NCBI RefSeq assembly: GCF_009914755.1
Contig: NC_060935.1
DNA: 64,000 bases
Reading direction: 5' to 3' (one strand)
From: the human T2T-CHM13v2.0 reference genome, Homo sapiens
In this document: in pieces, positions 12,821-23,710 of the stretch
How the letters are laid out: each line of letters opens with the position of its first letter
Position numbering within the stretch: the first letter of the stretch is position 1
Notes under the pieces: model-generated
Seen by the model: only the letters and a program-made list of their open reading frames with translations
Database searches by the model: none
What the model was told of the DNA's origin: nothing
Program-made: the position numbers and the translations under genes

Positions 12821-14489
12821 AAAATAAGAGCAACAAATTGTTCCTATGTGGCTTTGGACACTAAATGAGTCAAATTCAATTAGATCCTTGGGCGAGAAAA
12901 TGAGCAGAAGGGCTCTGGGTTTAACATCTTTACTCTTGTAGGAAATGCACAGCACTGATTGAGGCGAGTTTGTAGCCAAAACTTCCAGCTCCTGACAACT
13001 TTTCAAAGGTGGAAAATAATAAACTAGACATGAGCTGTAATCAGTTTTCAACCCAGAGAATTGGGCTTCCCATTCCTCTTTTGTTGTCCCTCCTTTCCTT
13101 CCTCAACTCATACGAAAAATTGAGAAGTGTCGAGGATAGAGCACAAATTAGAAAAACTTGTAGTAATAGTAGTGTTTGTGGCATAGGTGGGGAGAAGTTT
13201 GTGAGTTTTGCATCCTTCCAGAAATAAACTTTATTACAAAGGGCATCTTGTAGTTGAGCAGAAAATATGAAGCAAGAGATGATGCTATTACACCAATGAT
13301 GTAACCCTAAACACTTAGTGAGGTGGACCTGGAGTTTAGAGCCAGACACTTAGGCACCATGGTCCTGTCCACACCCAGCCAGCACTTGCTGTTATAATGG
13401 ACCAAGTCTTGCCCTTGGAGATCCTAGGTCGAGCATAGGTATTATGTAGTATTGGGTAGAGTCACTTGACTTGTAAAATTATCAGTTTCATTCTCTGTAA
13501 GTGTGAGTTATAACATCTGTCTCTTTTTCATGATGAAATTTGTGTCAGTAGAAATAGTGCAAAGTAAATAAAATGTCCTAATTGGTAGAGTAATGTAAAC
13601 TTTTGAACTGTTAACCTTCAGAAACAAACAAACAAAAAAACAACTGGAAGGCAAAAGGAGAATATGTGAGGCTGCATTCTGAGGAAATAGGCTGCTGTGC
13701 CTAAGAACACAGGAAAACCTGACAGGAAGATGGAAAGATATTAAATGCACGCCCATGCTTTGCACCACGAATCACCACAGAGGCCATTAAAACCCCAGAG
13801 TAGTGACTGCTAAATAACTAGGGGCTGCTCTTTTGTCTTCATTTCATAGAATGAGTTTCTTTTGTAAGTCCTCAATCCAAAAGAAAGGCATGGCAACAAA
13901 ACATAGGATTTTTACCTTGAATGATTCTACTGCAAATTAAAGTCTTCAGTATTTTATGCTTAAAATGCTGATTCATTTAGATATAGTTGCTTTTCAAAAA
14001 GGAAAAGAGAGGAGGGAAGAAGGGAGTGTGAGAGAGGTATATGATATATATATGAGAGAGAGAGAACTAGACTCACCCCAAAACTGAAATTTTTCTTATT
14101 CCTCCAGCACCAGTTTCAAAGGGAAGTATTATTCTTTCAAGTTTCATGTGCTAAATTCTTTTCCTTTGAGCTCAAGTACTTTTTTCATTGAGTCACTCTC
14201 CAAAGGAGATGAACGCTCTACTTCTGGATCTGATTTAAAAATCTTAAGATTGCATTTTGGATTTCCTCAAGTTTCACATTAAGGGTAAGAATCTTTGCCA
14301 AGTGCACACAATTTCATCCTTTTGTATTTCACAGTAAAAGAGCAAGGTAGTCAGAAAAAGTTTGTATGACTCATTTCTTTCTGTAACTCCAAAGTTTGAA
14401 AAAATTCTCTCTTTTAATAAATTCTTTCTGTTAACACACTTCTACCTCCAGCATCCTGATGACCTTCATCTTCAACTCTAGCTCAGAGT

Positions 14490-14680
14490 TGTACATTTAT
14501 AGCAGTCCTGCCATGTGTCACATACTTAATAAAAATGACCTCACATAAGCCTAAGAAAAAACTTAAAATGCAAATATTTTCCCCTGTTTTACAGATGAGG
14601 AAGCTGAGGATCTAAGGAGTTTAGAATTATACATTTCCAGGTAGTAAATGACAGAGTTAGAATTTGAGCCCAAATACTTC
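14490..14680 (-). mobile_element. MIR SINE
   Basis: cccctgttttacagatgaggaagctgagg...gtagtaaatgacagagttagaatttgagcccaa. Confidence 0.75.
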
Positions 14681-14909
14681 TTCCTTGAAAAACAATTAAT
14701 AATGCAATAATCTCTCTTTACCGGGTAATAAAAATAAGGGAGAGTAAATTATATTCTAACTGATGACAATGCTGGTGAGAAAGTGCTGGGAGTACAAAGA
14801 TAAACACTTTACATTCCTTTCCCGTACAGCATTTTCCTAGTCTAGAAGTGAAGATAAGGCAGTAATAGACTGATAATTGCAAAATTCTATGACAAAACAT
14901 TATACCATA

Positions 14910-15375
14910 TAACATTCATTGAATGTACTCTATTTGCAAAGCACTGTTGTAAGTGCTTTACTTATGGCAATTCATATGTTACATGATAAAGGAATTTATG
15001 AGGAGCATGGTGGCCACAGAAAGGGAGGAAGCAGTTCTGTTGAGGTGATTTATGTCGTTATAAGAGGAGGATACATCAGAGCAGGCATTGAAGGGTGGGT
15101 AAGAATCCCCACCCCACAACCATCATAGGTATGTTTGGGTGGGAATATTGCAAGCAAAGTGAATTATATATGCAAAGGGAAAGAGATATGTAAAGGTTGG
15201 GCACACAGTTTGCCCAAGTATAGGGCATAGATGAGGGAGCAGGATTGGATCAGTTTGAACATATAGGCAGGGCTCAGATCCACAAAGGCCATGCAATGCC
15301 ATGGTGCACTGTGGATTTTATCTTACTGGCAGTGGAAGGCCATTAAAAGGTTTTGGGTTGGTGAGTGGCGTGAAA
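14910..15375 (-). mobile_element. L2 LINE 3' fragment
   Basis: aacattcattgaatgtactctatttgcaaagcactgtt...gcagggctcagatccacaaaggcc...ggcagtggaaggccattaaaaggtttt. Confidence 0.7.
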
Positions 15376-16959
15376 CCTCAACTCTCTAATTACACCAAAG
15401 GGGGAAGTGTCTTTTCCAACCACAAATGCAGAGGTCATAAAATGGGGCTAAAGGCCGAAGTTCTTTTCAGGTCATGTTGCTGAAACTACAAGACTTGGAC
15501 TCCAGCCCTTGATTATATCCGTTTAAGAGTTGGTGCTTCTATAGTCATGCAACCTAAAAGTCCCAAGGACCAAGGGTCATGGTCTGCCTCCAAGAGTCTG
15601 TCAGGCCAGCTAGATGCCTGTGTGCTGCCCCAGATTGTGATGGGTAGCAGAAAATCCACACATTTGCAACTTTTCCTGTCTTCAGAATTTCCCCCAGTAA
15701 ATGGAGGGAAAAGCGTGGCACTCACTCTTATTTGCCTATCAGGTAAATATTTGTATAAACCATTGCCTAGAAGGCTTAGTGGAACTCCTTTGCTGTAAGT
15801 TAGGCATAGCTTAACTTTCACCTGTGTTGGATTAGGTGTCATTCTTCCGGAAAGTAAGGGGCTAGAACAAAGGAGCTTTTGATAGTCCCTCTTGACCCTG
15901 TTTCTACAGTAGGCTGCTCTCTATTCTGAGGTACACTCATCACTTAATTCAAAGCAAAATTGTTTATCTGGCTCCAATTTACTCTTATCATTTTTTCCAA
16001 CTTCAATCAGCATCTCTTCAGAGCTTGCAGTCTCAGGCAGATGTGGGATCCTGGTGTCATGCACAAAAGTGGCTTGATTATAATCACGTTCCTCTAATGA
16101 TCTCATTCTAACTAGGCAGCAGCTTGATGCCCCTTATTCCCTTCACAGATCTGCCTTGGGAGCTCAGTTCTAACTTCATGGATGCTTCTCTATTTTTGCT
16201 TCCATGCTATTCAATAAAGCTATGGTTTCCTAGTTATTTAGCATCCACTACTTATGAAGCACCCAGCCCATCAAGGAAGAAAGTGAATCCTCCATTCCTT
16301 TCTTCTAGAAATAATGGATTGGTTAGCTCTTCTTGCCTCCAACCCAATTTGTTACTGAGCTCTCTAAGGCACAGCATGTCCTATAAGAATTCTTTCTGCC
16401 AGGCACTTTCTTTTCTCTGCACCATTGACACTGAAAATTTGTCTCCTTCATTCCTTGTGAAGCCCATCTCATGGTGTTATTTCACCAACCTTAATTTCCA
16501 AGCCAATTATGATCCCATTATCTCCACTAATTTACTATTTTATACACATGTAGATTGTTGATGAAGAGATTATGATCTTAATGTTTAATTGCTTCTTTAT
16601 GATGTGGTATTTGTTTGAAAATGAAATTCTGATGTGGCATTTCTCTATTATACACTATCCAATGACAGTCACTTAACTGCAAAACAAAGCAAAACAAAAT
16701 CTTCATTGTGATTTTCAGGAGGAAAGGGCATTTCTGTTTAAAGCCAGACTGCTGATATTCAGCTCCTTAAAATAAAAAGTAGAATATGAGGACCTTAAAG
16801 AGAAGCATTACCTCAGAGCAGTAATAAACAGTCTTTCTCTGTTGAGAATAAAGTGAAAGTGAGGGGAAAAATTCATTCTTATCAATATAGATATTATAGA
16901 TATGTAGGTCACAATCATATATTCAGGTCACTCATTTATTGTCATTTATCCCATCCAGG

Positions 16960-18340
16960 CATAAATTGATTTACTCATATAGTCATCCACTAAAATATTT
17001 ATTGAGCATCACACTTGTATGCTACGCACTGGAAGTTCAGGTTAAATAACACATAGCCAACTGCTCTGCCTTTAGGATCTCACATAGTAATAGAGGTAGC
17101 AGAATAATGAAGAAGGGACACTTTAGGAGAGAGCTTATCCAAAATGAGGAGGGCTGTGGTCAGAGAAAGCAATGACTAAATTGAGTGGGGTAGCTCCCCT
17201 TATCCGCAGTTTTGATTTCCACTGTTTCAGTTACCTGTGGTCAGTCATAGTCTAAAATAGGTGAGTACAGTCATATATTTGGAGAGAGAAAGAGAGAGCC
17301 CACATTCACACTTTTATTACAGTATATTGTTATAGTTGTTCTATTTTATTATTCTTGTTGTTAATTTACTGTGCCTAATTTATAAATTAAACTTTATCAT
17401 GGGTATGTATGTATAGGAAAAGAACATAGTGAACATAGAGTTCTGTACTATCTGTGGCTTCAGCCATCCACTGAGGGGCTTGGAATGCATCGCTTGCAGA
17501 TAGGGGGCACTACTGTATTGAAGAATTAGTTGGAATGAGTGAGACAAAGAAGAAGGGAATAGAGATACTGCTGATAGATGAAACAGTATATAGGGAGGAG
17601 CACAATCAAGGGTTATAATCTCTCTGCTTGCAATTGGAATAGTTCTTCAAAGCAGTCTGTTCGAGTTCAGCATAGTGTTTTAAATTTGAATTTAAGTGCT
17701 TTTCATGCGCTGATCTCTATTACCTTACACGTAGGATGTTATACATGCTTATGTTATCTGCTTGACCTGTAAATATATTTGAGTTTTTGAACCTTGGCAT
17801 AGACATAGGAAATAGAATGAGGCATTAGAGGAGCTTTAAGTAGCTCATTATGGACAGAACAAAGGGTGAATGCAGGGAAAGAGAAGAAAGAAATCTGCAG
17901 AAGTGTATGGGAGCACAAAAATGAAAAGCCTTGCATGCAATGATAAAGAATGTAAATTTCATTCAGAAAATTAAAGGAAGCAATTAAAGTAGCTCAAGCA
18001 GAAAATGCCCGGGCCAGATTTGTCTTATAGAAAGATCATGTGGCAGTGATGTGCAGAATGGATTGGAGGAGAGAAAAAATAGAGACGAAGATAAAAGTTA
18101 TAAAGGTATTGATTAAATCAGGCTGTATATTATAAAGGTCTAATCACAAATAATAAAAATAAAGGGGTGAGGCATATTTATTTGAAATTGGAAAGAGGTT
18201 AAAAGAAGATAACTTGGCAAATAATTGAGTGGGGAAATTTGAAGAGAAATGTCTTGGGTGAAGACAGTTTTTCTGTCTTAGATGGCTGGATTCATGGTGA
18301 TGGCATTTGCCAAAACAGGGAAGGAAGATTAATTTGCAGG
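16960..18340 (-). mobile_element. L2 LINE fragments (interrupted by the Tigger2-derived element)
   Basis: aaatatttattgagcatcacac... and gccagatttgtcttatagaaagatcatgtggcagtgatgtgcagaatggattggag. Confidence 0.65.
17190..17515. mobile_element. Tigger2-derived non-autonomous DNA transposon (MER8/Tigger2a-like)
   Basis: TIR-like ends gtagctccccttatccgc and gcagatagggggcactactg, followed by TA. The internal cttttattacagtatattgttatagttgttctatttt...ataaattaaactttatcat is typical of Tigger2. Confidence 0.85.
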
Positions 18341-19246
18341 AATTTAAAATCCTCTTTTGTCTTCACTCATTATCCCTTTGCTTAGAGATGAGTGCTCTGC
18401 TTATGTCTATTGTCCTGCATTTTTAAACAGGACACCAAGGATTAGATCATAGTTTAGTGAGCAGAGCATTAGACTTATAGTCAGGAGTTCCAGTTTTGCA
18501 CCATCTCTTTCTTTATGCAATCTTGGATGTATTATTTTCACTGTGCTTCAGGTATCTCATGTGTAAATAAGAGATACCAAAAATTTTCTGCTTAACTGAA
18601 GATTTGTTTGAAGAAAAACATGTGCTGTAAAAAGTGAATGTACTTTGGGAACTGCAATGTGTAAGGAAATATCTAAGTGGTTAATTAAGTCTCCTGGCAC
18701 ACTCATGTCAAGAGAGTCAGCATTGATCCAGAGAGTAAGGCAAGGGCAGATTAAAAAGCATTGAAAGCTCTAACAAGCTCACTGTGTCAAAACCAGAAGC
18801 AAAGGAAACTGAAATAAACAAAATGTAAACTGGTGAGATGGAATGAAACTTTCAGAGTCAGGTCAGATTGAGAGGAAAATGATCTCTCTGGGGAGTCAGG
18901 AAAGATAACAGTAAGGAGGGAAGTCCAGTTGGTTTGATAGTTCTTCCTCTGGAGACGTGCAGGCTGAGAGGCTCACTATGAAGGTCCAGCTGCCAACTCT
19001 ATAACTTTTCCACACCTGGGATGTAATGTCGATGAGGATGCTTGTGAGCCATACAGGGTACCTGGGGCTGTGGTCTACCCTGTGTAGCTCTCAGAGCTGC
19101 TGCCTCATTTTGGGGCTGAAAGTTCCTTTGTGGGTGCTAAGGATTTCGTGTGACAATGACCTCTACATCAGATTTTTCTGTAATCTTCTCAGGCAGATGT
19201 TAGTGGATTCCCAAAGCAAGGTCCTACAGAAGCTGCATATGGTGGT

Positions 19247-19728
19247 TGTATTAATTAGGATATAGACTAGAAGACTATAACAAAAAAGACTCCCCAGATA
19301 CAGTAGTGTAAATGAGAGAATTTTATTTCTTTCTCCTTTAGAAGGTTTGGTAGGTGGTCTGTGCCTGTGTTGGTGGCTTGACAGGGTAAGAACCCAATCT
19401 CCCTTTATCTTAAGGCTCCATCCTTGTCAAATCCACATGTTTGAAGTTGGGTGAACATCACATCTGCTAGGAGTACATCTTGGTCGCAGAGAAGAGAAAA
19501 GGAGAGAACAAAGCACTCTCCTTGCCTGTTAAGGATATAATCTAGAAGTTGCACACATTACTTACTGTCAGTTAGACAGAACTTAATCATATATCCACAT
19601 CTAGCTTCAAGAAAGGCTGGGGAGTGTGGTCTTCAGCTGGTGGTCCATTTGCCCAGCTAAACTTGAGCGTTACAGTAACAGAGGAATGATTGGATATTGG
19701 AGAGTAATTATTACCAGTATCTGCCATA
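19247..19728 (-). mobile_element. Old MLT1 (MaLR) LTR
   Basis: tgtattaattaggatatagactag...agaagttgcacacattacttac...cagaacttaatcatatatccacatctagcttcaagaaaggctggggagtgtggtctt...tatctgccata. Confidence 0.75.
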
Positions 19729-19879
19729 GAGGTAAAAGCAGCTGGGGCTGGAACTTTAGCAATAAAAATAATGTTAGAATTGTTTTTTATGGCTATTCAT
19801 AAAACTAATCATCAATCTCAAGAGATAAAGTGAAATGCTAGTCTGACCAAAAAACTTAATTACAGCCCCTGCTCTGTTT

Positions 19880-20485
19880 TCTTTTTTATCGGTCGGTGTA
19901 ATTTATATATAGTATAATGTACAGATTGTAACTGTTATAATTAATGAGATTTGACAATACCCATCTAACCCACACTGTATTTAAACAGCGAGCATTTCCA
20001 TTACCCCAGAACATTTCTTTATGTCTCCTCTCAGTTAATCCCCTAAACTGAGGCAACCACCATTTTGAATACCATCACCATAGAACAGGTGTGCCTATTC
20101 TAGAGCTTTATGGGAATGAAACCAGAGCATATACTGTTGTACTTCTCTCACTCAGAAAAATGAGTTTTAGGATTTCCACTATACAAGTTTATCCCAGCTT
20201 GTTTAGTCCATTCTTCTAGTTATGAACGTTTGAATTGTTTGTATTTGGACTGCTATGAATAAAGTGATGATGAATATTCACACACACACATTTTTTCTGG
20301 ACATTTATTTTTACTTCTTTTGGGTAAATGCCTAGAAGTGGAATTACTGGGTCACAGGATTGATAAATATTCACAAGAAATTGCTAGTTTCCCTACTAGC
20401 AATTTATGAGAGTTTCAGTTGCTCTAAATCCTCACCAATATATGCTGTTGGCAGAATTTTCCATAGAAGCTATTCTAATGGATTT
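19880..20485 (-). mobile_element. L1ME/L1MC 3' fragment
   Basis: gagcatttccattaccccagaacatttcttt...gaggcaaccacc...gctatgaataaagtgatgatgaatattc...gggtaaatgcctagaagtggaattactgggtca. Confidence 0.75.
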
Positions 20486-21937
20486 GTTGGGTTTTGAAAG
20501 AAGAAAAACAAAATTTTGTCTCTGACTACTCACTTATTGTCATGTTTTTCAATAAATTCCTTGCTTAAGGTAGTAAATAAACATTAAAAATGCGTATAAC
20601 ATTTTGAAATATAAAATCTTATTCAGAAAAAATGAGCCTATGTCAATTTTTTAATAGGAAGGACTCTTGAGAAGAGTTTATAGTGTAATGGAATGCCTGG
20701 AATTAGAAGACCACGGTATCGCCTCTGACACCCAACATTTTTCATCTGCAAAGAGGAGATAGCAATAGCCTTTTCAAGGTTTTTGTGAAATCTATTTAGT
20801 CTATTAAAGTGCCTAACTCTAGCACAGTGCCTAACTTACAGTAAATGTACAATGTGTTTAAATGGAATTTAAGATGCGGTAGTCATTCCAATAATCATGA
20901 TAGTGAACATTATAATCACCATCGTCATCATCATCACTACTATCATCATTAAGTCATATCACTAACTTTAACTGAAATCATACCATCCTTCAGGAACTGC
21001 TGAACACTTACATTTTCTAATTCTCAAAACAAGCCTTAACTTCAGTATTGATATTTAAAATTTTCATGCAACTTCTGAACCTTCTATCAACAAGTTATAG
21101 CTTGCAGCAAGAAATGCTTGCTGCACTGGGCCATTTGCTTGCTAGAGGAGTTGCTGTCAGGAGCTTGGACTAACATGGAGGCATAACCTAGGGCAGACTA
21201 GAACTCATGGGAAGAATGCCGCTGTGGAACAGGTGCTCCATTTCCTCAGCACCCTGTGGAGAGGGGACCTTCTCCCAGTGCCTAACTCCATGGTGTGTTT
21301 AGCTGTAGCTCATACCATGCATGCTGTCTGCAGTATTCTAAGGGAATTAGTGACTTGTGCATCTGCTTACTCTCTGGCTGCAGTTTTCTAGCCTATTCGA
21401 AGGGACACTGTAAATGTTTGTTTAAATACATTTCATGTACCATATAATATATGATGAACTGGGATTCAGAAAAGGTACATGATTTGCCCAAGATTGTAAA
21501 GTTAGCAAGTTGAAGAACAAAATTTAAATCTGAGCTGTGTGACTCAAAGCTTCTATTCTAAATTGCTGTGTTATATGAACTTAAGTGGAGTTTTATTCAT
21601 CCTTTATTTTAAAACCTAACTCCAAGTTTCTTTTTAGTATACAATCCAAAACATCCCCCATGCTGCACAAATGAGAAATCAAACACATAATAAATTTGTA
21701 CATGCAGTGACATGGCAACAGAAAATGATAACATTAATCCAGTTATGACCATTTGGCTATTCCTCTAAGTCATTTCAAAGCAAATGTCTGGAACACAATT
21801 TTGTCTCAAAGACTGTAGAGAACAAAAACCTGAGTCAGAATTTTAATTCTCCATTTAATAGCCCTGTAACTTGAGACATGTTACTTCACATTTTAAGACT
21901 GTTTCATTATGTGTAAAATAAAGATACTGGACTGGAA

Positions 21938-22482
21938 TTAATTCAAGAGCTATATTGTACAATGTAGTGACTATAGTTAATAACAATAACAATGTATTGC
22001 ATTTTTTTTTTGAGACAGGTTCTTGCTCTGTTGGCCAGGCTGGAGTGCAGTGGCACGATCTTGGCTCACTGCAACCTCTGCCCTCCCGGGTTCAAGTGAT
22101 TCTCATGCCTCATGCCTCAGTCTCCCGAGTAGCTGGAATTACAGGCATGTTCCACCACACTTGGCTAATTTTTGTATTTTTCGTAGAGATGAGATTTTAC
22201 CCTGTTGGCCAGGCTGGCCTTGAACTCTTGACATCAAACAATTTGCCCACCTTCGCCTCCCAAAGTGCTGGGATTTAGGTGTGGCCACCACATCCCGCCT
22301 AAATGTATTGTATTCTTGAAAATTTCTAAGAGAGTACATTGTGTTTCTAACACAAATAAATGATTACTATGTGAGGGACTGCATAAATTAATTTGCTCAA
22401 CTTAGCCTTTCCACAATGTATACATATTTAAGAACAACAGGTTGTAAAACATATACAATTTTTGTTTGTCAGATAAAAAATT
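21938..22482 (+). mobile_element. L1MA (L1MA5-7-like) 3' end, split by an Alu
   Basis: ttcaagagctatattgtacaatgtagtgactatagttaataacaa [Alu] aatgtattgtattcttgaaaatttctaagagag...ccacaatgtatacatattt. Confidence 0.85.
22002..22299 (-). mobile_element. AluS/J-type SINE
   Basis: Poly-T followed by a full reverse Alu. Imperfect TSD aatgtattg(c/t)att at 21991 and 22302. Internal 7-bp duplication ctcatgc. Confidence 0.93.
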
Positions 22483-22534
22483 ATATTAGAATTTCCTCAC
22501 AGGTTTGTGTGAAGACTAAACAAAATTTATGTTG

Positions 22535-22686
22535 CATATTTTGTTGATTCTAAGAAATCATTGATTATAAATAGCATGGATTATTTTATTTTCAGTTAAG
22601 AAAAAATACAAAAAATTGTAAATTGTCATCGATTATGAGACACATCTGGATTTCAGCAGATGTATGTCTTAAACATAAATAAAATG
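22535..22686. mobile_element. MER104-like (TcMar-Tc2) MITE
   Basis: catattttgttgattctaagaaatcattgattataa...catcgattatgagacacatctggatttcag...tgtcttaaacataaataaaatg resembles MER104, with degraded TIRs. Confidence 0.6.
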
Positions 22687-23379
22687 CTTAAGTGCTGCTG
22701 CATAGGCTCCCACTAAATGATTATCTACCCTTGGGATTTTTGTTATTATCACTATTCTTATCACCATGCAAACCCATAAAAAACTGGCACAGAGAGAAGT
22801 TCCTAGAATAAGATGTCTCAAAACATAATAGAAAAATGACTCCCTGAGGCCTCCAGGTGTTCACAACTCTCTCCATTGGTATATCAATCACTGTGATACC
22901 AGGAACTCACTCATTTGCCAACTAGAATATCTGCTTTATTTTATTTAAATTGTGTTAGCTTTAAATCATTACTGGTGAGAGGGTTTTCCAGAAGGAATTC
23001 TGAAAAAGACAGGAGAAAAATTCTCCTAGTGATACAAATACAACCTAGTCCCTCTTGGTTATGTGTACTGAGCAATACAAATCTCATGTTTGAAAGTAAG
23101 GTATTTTCTTCTATTATCATCCATAAATGTGGAGAAAAAAAATCCCTGAGACAGAAAAGTATCTCTTTTTTAAAAAGGTAATATACTGATGATGGATGGA
23201 TAGAGCTCCTTTTATATATTCTATAAAGAAGATAACTCCTTAGGAAAAAAGATGATTTGAATTCAAATCTGGAGATTCAGTGTTTGCTCATGTGTGATCT
23301 TAAGCAAGCTACTCACCTCTCTGAGCCTAAGTGTTCTTAGCTGTAAAATGGCACAACAACACTTGCCTTTCAGGGTTGT

Positions 23380-23710
23380 TTAAATGTCCTTCCCATGTGC
23401 AATTCCTTCTGTTCTTTTTGCTTTCTCCTGGTAACCTCCACTTGTACTTTACATCTTAGTTCAAGTATCTTCTCCAGAGAAAATTATAGCAGTACCCCAA
23501 GTAACTCTCTTTTTTGTACATTATAAGTTTAATTTGAAAAATTGCTTTTGACAGATATGTTTTAAATTTGTCTCTTCCACTAGATTATGGCTTCTATGTT
23601 GTTAGAAACCATGTATATCATTGTTTTATTCCAAGCCCCTACTAGAGCACCTGGCACACCGTAGGTGCTTCATCATTTTTTTTTCAAATGAATGCATGAA
23701 TAAATGGATA
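23380..23710 (+). mobile_element. L2 3' end nested in a MIR
   Basis: ctagattatggcttc...ctagagcacctggcacaccgtaggtgcttc...aatgaatgcatgaataaatg. MIR halves lie at ~23250-23380 and ~23720-23780. Confidence 0.7.

Noticed and set aside
12336-13051. Overlapping ORFs at the AluY (also 21955-22339 and 44884-45183)
   Set aside because: These are standard Alu-derived translations (e.g. [29 protein letters not shown]), not genes.
16124-16561. 145-aa plus-strand ORF
   Set aside because: It starts at TTG rather than ATG, is Ser/Leu/Pro/Phe-rich as expected of pyrimidine-rich noncoding DNA, and has no recognisable domain.
21080-21412. GC-richer ~330-bp segment interrupting MIR-like sequence and ending gggacactg-TA
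   Set aside because: Probably an old transposon (Tigger-like or LTR), but I could not find a matching left terminus or name a family, so it is not called.
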